From assembly GCA_945859975.1 (NCBI GenBank), contig CAMAPH010000013.1:1-63473 (forward strand): DNA of 63,473 nt, read 5' to 3'. This document shows, piece after piece, positions 10,053 to 18,410 of this stretch. Under the pieces are notes generated by a model. The model saw only the letters and a program-made list of their open reading frames with translations. It searched no databases and had not been told where the DNA came from. Position numbers and translations under genes: made by a program. Each line of letters begins with the position of its first letter. Position 1 is the stretch's first letter. The stretch is from Chthonomonas calidirosea (GTDB lineage: Bacteria > Armatimonadota > Fimbriimonadia > Fimbriimonadales > Fimbriimonadaceae).

Positions 10053-10289
10053 CTATTTGCCGCCGGAAGAGCTGGCGGCGTCTTGCTTGACGCCACGGGC
10101 AGCGTCGTTCAGGGCTTTGAACTTTGCGACCTTCTCTTTATCCCAGGCACCGGCTGCTTCCGCAGCTTGAGCTTCAGACTGAGGCGTTTCCTTGGTCGTA
10201 TCGGCTTGCTCTCCGCACCCGAGAAGTACGAAACCCATTGCCACAACGGCGATGAACGCGTATCGGCCGTGCGGGATCAGTCCTGCCAC
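10053..10289 (-). CDS. Small lipoprotein (about 78 aa)
   Basis: GTG at 10289 preceded by AGGAG; hydrophobic stretch then VLLG-C lipobox; overlaps the end of the upstream pilin gene. Confidence 0.7.
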   Translation of the reverse strand: MAGLIPHGRYAFIAVVAMGFVLLGCGEQADTTKETPQSEAQAAEAAGAWDKEKVAKFKALNDAARGVKQDAASSSGGK

Positions 10290-11167
10290 CAAACAACTCC
10301 TGCTGCCTCTGGGAAAGCGACCCAGTCTCGACATCTCCAACCTCTGCCAAGCGGGAATCCGTCCCGAGGGAATGGATTCACGATGCCGTCTGGATCTGCA
10401 CAGTAACCGTTGACTCGAGTTTCAAAACTCTTTGGGGAAGCAATCCGGGTACCGAGGGCCGTGCCACCTCGCCAAGGAATTGCGCCGGCATGACCATCCG
10501 CATAGACAGTAATGATTCGTCCGCCGAAGTAGATGTTGCTGTTGCGGTTGCCGCCCGGATAATCATCAAAGAACCAGCCAACACCGCCCATCGTCTGTCG
10601 CGGGGTGTCGTAGGTGTTGCCGAAGAGGAATAATCCGGCCGGATTGACCAACTGAGTTTGCGCCTTTCCAGTGTTGTAGCGGGTTGCCGGGCCGCTTGCG
10701 CCACTTCGTCCGTCACATCCAGCAACAAGTCCGCCATCGCTGCATCGTTCCTCGCTCACAACGCCTTCTGCGGCGCGAATTTCCCAACCCCAGTTGTAGC
10801 CAAAGTCAGTGTTACCGTAGCTTATGGATCCATCTGCATTCACCTTAAGGATTGCAGGCTGGCCGTTCTGTCGATATCCGGCCCAAAGCTGAAGATTCTT
10901 GATGTATGGATACATCGTGCAAATTGGATCTCCACCGCAGTTTGCGGAGGTGTTGCCGGCGGAGTTGTCGTAGACGGACGGGAACAGATCATCGTAATCC
11001 GTCGCGTACATCAAGGAACTGGTTCCGATTTGCTTTGCGTTGCTCAGCGCAGCCGTCTTCTTCGCGGCGGCCTTTGCTTGGGCGAAAACTGGGAAGAGGA
11101 TGGCAGCGAGGATTGCGATGATCGCAATGACGACGAGAAGCTCGATAAGGGTAAATGCTTTTCGCAT
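10277..11167 (-). CDS. Prepilin-type N-terminal cleavage/methylation protein, DUF1559/H-X9-DG-like (cassette 2)
   Basis: [53 protein letters not shown]. Confidence 0.9.
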   Translation of the reverse strand: MRKAFTLIELLVVIAIIAILAAILFPVFAQAKAAAKKTAALSNAKQIGTSSLMYATDYDDLFPSVYDNSAGNTSANCGGDPICTMYPYIKNLQLWAGYRQNGQPAILKVNADGSISYGNTDFGYNWGWEIRAAEGVVSEERCSDGGLVAGCDGRSGASGPATRYNTGKAQTQLVNPAGLFLFGNTYDTPRQTMGGVGWFFDDYPGGNRNSNIYFGGRIITVYADGHAGAIPWRGGTALGTRIASPKSFETRVNGYCADPDGIVNPFPRDGFPLGRGWRCRDWVAFPEAAGVVWWQD

Positions 11168-11222
11168 GGAAAACACCAAACTCGATTCTGTGTTTTCCAA
11201 TTGTTAAGATGCAGGTAAATAT
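11082..11222. repeat. 141-bp exact direct repeat, copy 2
   Basis: Identical to 9594-9734. Confidence 0.93.
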
Positions 11223-11258
11223 TTTGCGACGTTCAAGTTGTTAATGCTTCTTCAATTC

Positions 11259-12533
11259 TTAACTTGAAGACGAGAGCTGAAACCGGAGATTTCCAACGAT
11301 TGTGGCTTCGGCAGGACCCAGCTCAAGCTTCAAGCCGGCGCGCTGCTGCAATTGCTCGCGAAAGACATCGCTCCTAGAGGGCCCGCCTCCAAGCCGCAGG
11401 GTCTTAAATTTTCGATGGGTACATTCCTCCAACGCCGGAATGTGTTGGGCTATACCCTCGACGAGGCTATGCAACGCAATGCCAGCCCAGTTTTCGCGAG
11501 TTTCGGGTTTTTTCCCGACGAGAGCCACGCACGCTTCCACCATGGAATCTGGATTGAACAGCTCTGGGGCATTGAGCTCAATCCGCTCCATCGTAGCGAG
11601 GTCGGCACCGGCGATCCACTCAGGAACAGATTCCGAGATGTTCAGTTCGGCGTGCAACCGGTTGACAACCCAGAAGCCAGGAACGTTCTTGAGGAAACGA
11701 ACTTTGCCATCGACCGTGCGTTCGTTGGTGAAGTTGCCGGTTCGCGCGGCCTCGGTGGCGATGGGGGCATCAATGACCGTGCCCATCAGCGACCACGTTC
11801 CTATATTGAGGAAAGCAGAATCGGCATCGAGGGGCTCAAGGCCGAGCACGGCCGAAGCCGTGTCGTGGCTTCCCACCGACATTAACCGAACCCCGTCTGC
11901 GATGTATCCGCCGATGTGCCCAGCAAGCGACGGTTGCAGATCAGGCACTGGCCAGCCGGTGAGAGCGAAGGCTTCTTCCGACCATTGAGTGTCGAGGCCC
12001 ATCAACTGGGTTGTTGATGCTTCACTCAGTTCGTAGTTGGCTTGGCCGGTGAGTAGGTATCCAATCAGATCGGGGAGCAACAGCCAACGATGGGTGTCAT
12101 GAACGAGGTTCGCATTCTCGTTGCGACGTGCGATGAGCTGGCAAATCGTGTTGAACGGCTGGTGCTGGATTCCGGTGAGCCGATAGAGCTCGTCCCGATG
12201 GGGAGCCAGAGACTCAAAGGCGACTTCGTGCGACGGGTCGCGGTAGCAAACCGGAGTTTGGATGAGGTTCCCATTCCGATCCAAAAAGCCGTGGTCAACG
12301 CCCCAGGCATCAATGCCGAGCGTGGCCCGGCCGAAAAGGGTGGATCCATACTCCGCAGCGCGCTTGACGAACGCAAACAGAGCCTCGAAGTCCCAAACGA
12401 TGCGGCCGTTCTCGGTGCGCGTTTGATGTGGCACTTGTTCGATGATGTCGTAGCGGAGTTCGCCATCTTCCAACCATCCGGCGGCAAAGCGTGCGCTGGA
12501 CGCACCGAGGTCAACCGCAATCGCACCTTTCAT
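11259..12533 (-). CDS. rhaB: Rhamnulokinase-like FGGY carbohydrate kinase
   Basis: AVDLGASS.R, GIDAWGVD, P.CYRD, TGIQ.QPFNTI.QL, VGSHDTASAV, GTWSLMG, NFTNE, GPAEAT..GN. Confidence 0.85.
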   Translation of the reverse strand: MKGAIAVDLGASSARFAAGWLEDGELRYDIIEQVPHQTRTENGRIVWDFEALFAFVKRAAEYGSTLFGRATLGIDAWGVDHGFLDRNGNLIQTPVCYRDPSHEVAFESLAPHRDELYRLTGIQHQPFNTICQLIARRNENANLVHDTHRWLLLPDLIGYLLTGQANYELSEASTTQLMGLDTQWSEEAFALTGWPVPDLQPSLAGHIGGYIADGVRLMSVGSHDTASAVLGLEPLDADSAFLNIGTWSLMGTVIDAPIATEAARTGNFTNERTVDGKVRFLKNVPGFWVVNRLHAELNISESVPEWIAGADLATMERIELNAPELFNPDSMVEACVALVGKKPETRENWAGIALHSLVEGIAQHIPALEECTHRKFKTLRLGGGPSRSDVFREQLQQRAGLKLELGPAEATIVGNLRFQLSSSS

Positions 12534-12838
12534 TTTAGGAACCGATTGAGAGTGACTCGGATTTCGGAGAGCCGCTCTTCCTTTGTTTGATATTCGTGGC
12601 CCGCCTCATGGTCGTCCCCATAAACGCAGTTCTCAAGGTGGGTGGAGAGCATGAGCAACCCAAATTGATCCAGTGCAGCCCGAAGAGCCGACACCTGCGT
12701 GAGAATGTCGACGCAGTATCGATCCTCTTCAATCATCTTCTGTAGTCCCGAAACCTGGCCCGTGATGCGGGCAAGTCTCTTTCGGGCGTCTTCGCGGGTT
12801 TCGGCGGGAATCACTGAAAATAACTGTACACCGTTCAC
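12530..12838 (-). CDS. csoR: CsoR/RcnR-family metal-sensing transcriptional repressor
   Basis: [24 protein letters not shown]...AL; HLENC gives the C-H-C ligand fingerprint. Confidence 0.88.
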   Translation of the reverse strand: MNGVQLFSVIPAETREDARKRLARITGQVSGLQKMIEEDRYCVDILTQVSALRAALDQFGLLMLSTHLENCVYGDDHEAGHEYQTKEERLSEIRVTLNRFLK

Positions 12839-12871
12839 GATTCGGACTAACTGAGTTATACTTGATGCTCA

Positions 12872-12886
12872 TACCCCCTATAGGTA
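12872..12886. promoter_or_regulatory. Putative CsoR operator
   Basis: TACC-CCCTATA-GGTA: inverted TACC/GGTA flanking a C-tract, typical of CsoR-family operators; in the 53-bp divergent intergenic region. Confidence 0.65.
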
Positions 12887-12891
12887 CCAAA

Positions 12892-13587
12892 ATGACCCAA
12901 ATGAAGCGCGGATTTACCCTCATTGAACTGCTCGTTGTGATTGCGATCATCGCGATTCTTGCCGCGATTCTGTTCCCAGTTTTTGCTCAGGCCAAGGCAG
13001 CGGCGAAAAAGACTCAGGACCTCAGCAACTTCAAGCAGATTGCGACCGCGATCGTGCTTTATGCAAACGATAACGATGATGTGAGCCTTACCTCTAACCA
13101 CGACGCAGGGGTTGAGTGGTTTGAGTCCCTTTATCCCTACGTGAAGTCAAACGACGTTTTTCGTTCCCCTGCATACACGCGAACGGCAGTTGACCACGAA
13201 GGGGAATCGGAGATGCCAGAAACGGACTATTCGATCAATGGAATCTGGACCCACTCAACGCCGTTGACCAACTCAAGTGCACCCGCGGAGCAGATCACGG
13301 TTGGTCTCCGAGCGAAGCTAAATGGAGAGATTGACTACCATCCATGGCCAACCCATGAAGGCGGAGTCTGGGACGATCTCGCGACCTATTACGACGAGCA
13401 CCACGAGAACGAAGACTGGTTCTTGGAGCGACTTGAGAAGACCCCTTGGAACAACCAAGGTTCGAACTTCTCGTTCCTTGATGGACACGCAAAGTATTTC
13501 AACTTCGACCGTACCGTCCGAAACACGTTTGCCCTGCCCGGTTTCCATAACGTAGATCGCATCTCTTACGTTGAGGAAGAAGAGTAA
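12892..13587 (+). CDS. Prepilin-type N-terminal cleavage/methylation protein, DUF1559-like, His/acid-rich
   Basis: [48 protein letters not shown]; start 12892 or 12901. Confidence 0.9.
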   Translation: MTQMKRGFTLIELLVVIAIIAILAAILFPVFAQAKAAAKKTQDLSNFKQIATAIVLYANDNDDVSLTSNHDAGVEWFESLYPYVKSNDVFRSPAYTRTAVDHEGESEMPETDYSINGIWTHSTPLTNSSAPAEQITVGLRAKLNGEIDYHPWPTHEGGVWDDLATYYDEHHENEDWFLERLEKTPWNNQGSNFSFLDGHAKYFNFDRTVRNTFALPGFHNVDRISYVEEEE

Positions 13588-13643
13588 GGAACGAAGGTAA
13601 CGAATCGTTGAGGGCCCGATCTGCCGGTACACTTTGGATACCA

Positions 13644-15128
13644 ATGGCGGATCGGGCTTTTCGATTACACGACACCATGTCGCGGCAGGTCAAGCCGCTC
13701 CAGACCCTAGAGCCAAAGCATCTTCGCTTCTACACTTGTGGCCCGACGGTTTATAGCTACGCCCACATTGGAAACTTCCGAAGCTTTCTGACCGCAGATC
13801 TCATCGTGCGCACTGCCCGCGCCATCGGCTGGAAGGTCACGTGGGCCGCGAACATCACCGACGTTGGGCACTTGACCGAAGACGACGTTGCAGACGCCGG
13901 CGGCGAAGACAAGATGGAGAAAGCGCTTCGCAGCAAGGACGGCGAGAACTTCAACAACGTGTGGGAACTAGCTGAGTTCTACACGGAAAAGTTTAAAGAG
14001 GACTGGCAGCGGTTAAACCTCACCGAGCCGACCGTCCGCCCGAAGGCAACCCAGCACGTCCGCGAACAGATTCTCGCGACGGAAGAATTGATTCGTAAGG
14101 GGAACGCCTACGAGACCCCGACCGGCGTTTACTTCAAAGTCGATAGCTTCCCGGCCTACGGCAAGCTCAGCGGGAATACGCAAGAGAATCTGCGAAAGGG
14201 GGTTCGAGACGTCGTCCAAGACGATAACAAGCGCGACTCGGCTGACTTTGCCCTTTGGAAGAAAGACGATAAGCACCTGATGCAGTGGTTCTCCCCGTTC
14301 GGCTGGGGCTTCCCGGGCTGGCACATCGAGTGCACGGTCATGGCGCGCACTTATCTTGGCGACACCCTCGACCTTCACAGCGGCGGCGAAGACAACATGT
14401 TTCCGCACCATGAGTGCGAGATCGCACAAAGCGAGGCGCTGACCGGCAAGACCTTCTGCGACCACTGGGTCCACACGCGATGGCTTCAAGTGAACGGCGA
14501 GAAGATGTCGAAGAGCTCCGGCAACTTCTACACCGTGCGTGGACTCATTGAGAAAGGGATTGAGCCACTTGCGATTCGGTACGCACTGATTTCCGGCGTC
14601 TATGGCAAGCCGTATAACTTCACCGACCAAGGCTTGATTGACGCTGGCGGGAATGTTGATCGGCTCCGACGGGCGCTGACGGCTGCTGAAGCTGCCCTGC
14701 TGACTGGCACGGACGGTCCAGATGAACTAGCCACGATCCTAGAGCCGATTTATGAAGGTGCTTTGGATGCGATGTGCGACGACCTGAATACATCGGTAGC
14801 GCTCGCCAAAGCGCTCGAGGGAGCGAAAGTTATCAACCGCGACGGTGAAGCGATGTCGAAAGCCTCCGCGGCTTCAGCCCAAGACTTTCTTCATAAAATC
14901 AATGCTCTGCTTGGAATCGTATCGAGCGATTACGACCTGCCGGCCGAAACGAGCGACTCCGGACCCGACGAAGCCCGGATCGATGGTTTGATCGAGGAAC
15001 GCAACGCGGCGAAGAAAGCTAAAGACTTTGCGCGAGCGGACGAAATCCGCAAGCTCTTGACCGATGAAGGCATCGAGCTTCGCGATTCCCCCGAAGGCAC
15101 GACCTGGACTCGAAAGCCGACCCTTTAG
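13644..15128 (+). CDS. cysS: Cysteine--tRNA ligase
   Basis: YTCGPTVY..AHIGN, DFALWK, GFPGWHIEC, HHECEIAQS, KMSKS. Confidence 0.97.
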   Translation: MADRAFRLHDTMSRQVKPLQTLEPKHLRFYTCGPTVYSYAHIGNFRSFLTADLIVRTARAIGWKVTWAANITDVGHLTEDDVADAGGEDKMEKALRSKDGENFNNVWELAEFYTEKFKEDWQRLNLTEPTVRPKATQHVREQILATEELIRKGNAYETPTGVYFKVDSFPAYGKLSGNTQENLRKGVRDVVQDDNKRDSADFALWKKDDKHLMQWFSPFGWGFPGWHIECTVMARTYLGDTLDLHSGGEDNMFPHHECEIAQSEALTGKTFCDHWVHTRWLQVNGEKMSKSSGNFYTVRGLIEKGIEPLAIRYALISGVYGKPYNFTDQGLIDAGGNVDRLRRALTAAEAALLTGTDGPDELATILEPIYEGALDAMCDDLNTSVALAKALEGAKVINRDGEAMSKASAASAQDFLHKINALLGIVSSDYDLPAETSDSGPDEARIDGLIEERNAAKKAKDFARADEIRKLLTDEGIELRDSPEGTTWTRKPTL

Positions 15129-15757
15129 AAGGATCGGCCTTCGTAGTCTCGAATCAAGCCCACGACTTTTCCGATAACGCGTGAACCTTCTCGGTCGACT
15201 GGGATGGGCGCGTACTTCGGGTTGCTGGAAAGGAGCTTGATGGAACCGTTCGGTTCGTAGTTGATCCGCTTAACGGTGGCTTCGTCCCCGAGCAGGAACG
15301 CAACGATGTCCATGTTGCGCGCATTGGTTTGTGGGCGAATCACGACGAGGTCGCTTTCGAGGATTCCGTCGCCGATCATGGAGTCTCCGATGACGCGAAG
15401 AAGGAATGCGTTGTCTGTGTCTTTAACCATTCCAGGTGGAACTGGGATCATCGCGTCTACGTGTTCCTCGGCCAAAATAGGTTGGCCAGCGGCAATGGTT
15501 CCGAGCAGGGGAAGCTGCAGAATGCCCGCGTTAGGTTGAAATTCGGGGTGAACGACCTTGATCGATCGCGGAGTGTTCGAGCGATTGATGTACCCTTTTC
15601 GTTCTAAAGCGTCTAGGTGTACAGTAACGCCGCGAAGCGATCCGATCTCAAATTGCTTGCCAATTTCTCGGATCGACGGAGGGAATCCTTCCTTCGCGAC
15701 GTAATCCCGAATGCACGCGAGTATCTCTTCTTGCCGCTTGGTAAGTCCTTTTGCCAT
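15125..15757 (-). CDS. lexA: SOS transcriptional repressor LexA
   Basis: N-terminal wHTH (GFPPSIREI...HL.ALERKG), IAA-G cleavage site, GDSM serine, EATVKR lysine. Confidence 0.96.
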   Translation of the reverse strand: MAKGLTKRQEEILACIRDYVAKEGFPPSIREIGKQFEIGSLRGVTVHLDALERKGYINRSNTPRSIKVVHPEFQPNAGILQLPLLGTIAAGQPILAEEHVDAMIPVPPGMVKDTDNAFLLRVIGDSMIGDGILESDLVVIRPQTNARNMDIVAFLLGDEATVKRINYEPNGSIKLLSSNPKYAPIPVDREGSRVIGKVVGLIRDYEGRSF

Positions 15758-15771
15758 GGCTACGTAGACGC

Positions 15772-15800
15772 ATGATACACGCTTTTTGTCTACCTGTCAA
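15772..15800 (-). promoter_or_regulatory. Sigma70-type promoter of lexA
   Basis: Minus strand TTGACA-N17-TATCAT, 14 nt upstream of the ATG. Confidence 0.75.
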
Positions 15801-15939
15801 GGCAACCTGTCATACTTTTTTCTAAGTTCGCCCGCGAGGGTGGAACTCCGCCAAAATGAGTTTGGTTTGCTGACCTTAGTAGGGAGCATTTTGGCGATAC
15901 GAGTTCCCAAGTTGTCGGTCCAGTACAAGGTGATTTAGG

Positions 15940-17655
15940 TTGTCGATTTCAAAATTTCAAGAGATGTTCATGGGCAAGGGCTGCGTGGCCTTTGTCAGCG
16001 TGGGAATGGCAATGGTCTTTCTGGCCGGCGTCGTTGGTCAGTGCACTCGTGGTGCCGGCGTTGCTGAGCAACAGAACAATGTTCCGGCCCGAACGGTCGC
16101 GACGATTTCGGGCAAGCCATTGTCAGACGAAGTTGTTCTGAGAACGCTGGATACTCAGAAGGCTCAGATGGCTCAGTACATGCCATCGGGCTTCCCGCCG
16201 GAGCAAGAGGCCGGAATGGCGGGGCAAACCATCAACACTTTGTTGCGCCAAGTTGCATCTCGGGCGATTGCCGAAAAAGAGAAAGTAGACCTTTCGGATG
16301 CGGCGATCACCAAGCACGCCGCCGAGCAGCTCGATAAAGCCGTCAAAACGGAAGTTGACAAACTCATTTCCGAAAAGAAGCTCAAGCCGAACCCAAGTGC
16401 CGCTGATGTTGACAAGGCCATCAAGGCAAGTTTTGGCCAGACGGTAACCGAAGTCCGAACTGCGCAGACAAAGAACCTGGAGGAATCGCTCAAGGATCCG
16501 GCGCGCAAGGAAACTTTGCTGAACTCAGTTGCCGAGCAACTTCTCCTCGCCAGCTACGCCGAGAAGGTTGATGCATCGCCAGCCGCAATCAAGCGCAGCT
16601 ACGACGTGATCAGCGCAAAGCGTATTTTCCTCATCAACAGCGCAGCCACCGACATCGCCGCGCAAGCGACCAAAATCGCGGGCGAGCTTAAGGGCGGCCT
16701 GAAGTTTGAGGAAGCGATGAACAAGTATTCGCAAGAGCCGGCTCAGCCAGGCAAGACAGTCAGCGACAACCTGACGTCGGTTTCCGGCCAGCAGCTCACC
16801 CAAGAGGCATATGCGCCTCTGGCGAGCTTGAAAGCGGGTGAAGTTTCACCGCCAATTCGAACTCCAGAAGGCATCAGCATCTACAAAGTGTTGAGCGTGA
16901 AAAACGAAGCCCCTGCTGATTTCGAGAAGAAAAAGGCTGATTACGAAAAGACCTTCCGCGAGACCCGGGCCCGACAGAAGCTGGACGCGCAAGTGGACGA
17001 ACTTCTCAAGAGCGGCGAAGTCCGCTGGCAGAACAAGACGATCGAGGCTCTTTACGACCTTGGCCAGCTTAGCTTTGCGACCGACGCCACCCAGCGCAAC
17101 GCAAAGCTCAAGAAAATCGCTGCTGCCGGAAAGGAAGGCGCGGAGAAAGGCGAAGCCGCCGACATCAAGATCGGTGCCCTTGTTTACTATGCGGCCCTTA
17201 ACCAGCTCAGCATGACGGCGAGCGCCACGGAGCGCGCCGAACTTGCTCCGCAGATCGCGGATGCCGTTACGAAGCTGCTCCAAACGACCGAAGACTTCAA
17301 GCTTCGCGTGAAGCTGATCGACGCTGCGATTGAGGCGAAGAATGCGGCCGAGGCAACGGACAACCTGTTTAAGTCTGCGCAGTACAACAGCGACTACAGC
17401 GCCGCTGGGCAAGCGGTATACGGTGAAATGCAGGCGAAGTTCAAGGAACTGAAGGACAAGAAGCTGCTCGTTGCCGAAGGCGAAAAGCAGATCGAGGCCG
17501 AATTCCAGCGATGGCGAAAGGAAAAGGTCGCTTACGAGAAGGCTGAGGCGGAAGCTAAGGCTGCTGCCGAAGCAGAAGCGAAGAAGAATCCAGCGCCCGC
17601 AACGGGCGCAAGCAAATCGCCTGCGCCAGCCGCAGGCAACGGTACGCCGAAGTGA
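15940..17655 (+). CDS. Membrane-anchored SurA/PrsA-like PpiC-type peptidyl-prolyl isomerase with helical C-terminal extension
   Basis: N-terminal TM; FEEAMNKYSQ, LKAGEVSPPIRTPEGISIYKV rotamase pattern. Confidence 0.75.
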   Translation: MSISKFQEMFMGKGCVAFVSVGMAMVFLAGVVGQCTRGAGVAEQQNNVPARTVATISGKPLSDEVVLRTLDTQKAQMAQYMPSGFPPEQEAGMAGQTINTLLRQVASRAIAEKEKVDLSDAAITKHAAEQLDKAVKTEVDKLISEKKLKPNPSAADVDKAIKASFGQTVTEVRTAQTKNLEESLKDPARKETLLNSVAEQLLLASYAEKVDASPAAIKRSYDVISAKRIFLINSAATDIAAQATKIAGELKGGLKFEEAMNKYSQEPAQPGKTVSDNLTSVSGQQLTQEAYAPLASLKAGEVSPPIRTPEGISIYKVLSVKNEAPADFEKKKADYEKTFRETRARQKLDAQVDELLKSGEVRWQNKTIEALYDLGQLSFATDATQRNAKLKKIAAAGKEGAEKGEAADIKIGALVYYAALNQLSMTASATERAELAPQIADAVTKLLQTTEDFKLRVKLIDAAIEAKNAAEATDNLFKSAQYNSDYSAAGQAVYGEMQAKFKELKDKKLLVAEGEKQIEAEFQRWRKEKVAYEKAEAEAKAAAEAEAKKNPAPATGASKSPAPAAGNGTPK

Positions 17656-18356
17656 GCGAACCGCGGCTATCGGTGGTTTGCACCCCGATCGGAAATTTGG
17701 GCGACCTTTCCGATCGGGCGAAGCAGACCCTCACCGACGCTGCGGTTTGGATTGTTGAAGACAGCCGCGTATCCGGCAAGTTGGCGCAACACCTCGGAAT
17801 CAAGCGGCCCATGAAAGTGCTCAACGACCATTCCTTATCGGGAGTGGTCGAAGGGTTGGTGGATCTGATTCGCCAAACCGGACACGTTGCGGTTCTCTCT
17901 GACGGCGGGGCGCCTACGGTGAGCGATCCAGGCACTTTGCTCATTGATGCCTGCCACGACGCCGATATTCCGATTGAAGTGATTCCCGGCCCCAGCGCGG
18001 TGATTGCCGCCCTGGCGGGCAGTGGGTTCTTCGGCCAGCGTTTTGCCTTTCTAGGCTTTCCGCCGCGCAAGCCCGGCGACATTAAGTCGTTGTTTTTGCC
18101 ATTTGCAGACTCGCCCATGACGCTCGTTTTCTTCGAGTCGCCGTTCCGATTCAACGCCACCTTGCTAGCTGCATCTGCGGTAATCGGTGAGCGCCGATAT
18201 GCCATTTGCCGGGAACTGACGAAGATGCACGAGCAGATTTATCGGGGCACGTTGCCCGAATTGCCCGACGAAAAGGCCGTGCCGCACAAAGGCGAGGTCA
18301 CGGTGGTGGTCGAGGGCCGAAGAAGCACGAAAAGTGCGTCGAATTTCTTGGACTGA
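17652..18356 (+). CDS. rsmI: 16S rRNA (cytidine1402-2'-O)-methyltransferase
   Basis: TPIGNLGD.S.RA, ED.R, SDGG.P.VSDPG, IPGPSA, FFESP.R, RELTKMHEQ. Confidence 0.93.
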   Translation: MSEPRLSVVCTPIGNLGDLSDRAKQTLTDAAVWIVEDSRVSGKLAQHLGIKRPMKVLNDHSLSGVVEGLVDLIRQTGHVAVLSDGGAPTVSDPGTLLIDACHDADIPIEVIPGPSAVIAALAGSGFFGQRFAFLGFPPRKPGDIKSLFLPFADSPMTLVFFESPFRFNATLLAASAVIGERRYAICRELTKMHEQIYRGTLPELPDEKAVPHKGEVTVVVEGRRSTKSASNFLD

Positions 18357-18410
18357 ACGTCCGTACCTGTACCATCGGTCTGGCTTCGCCTGGCACCGAC
18401 TGGTTCCGGT

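Noticed and set aside
195..11222. Diversity-generating retroelement or shufflon explaining the paralogs and repeat
   Set aside because: No reverse transcriptase or recombinase in the window, no adenine-specific TR/VR pair, and the repeats are direct rather than inverted
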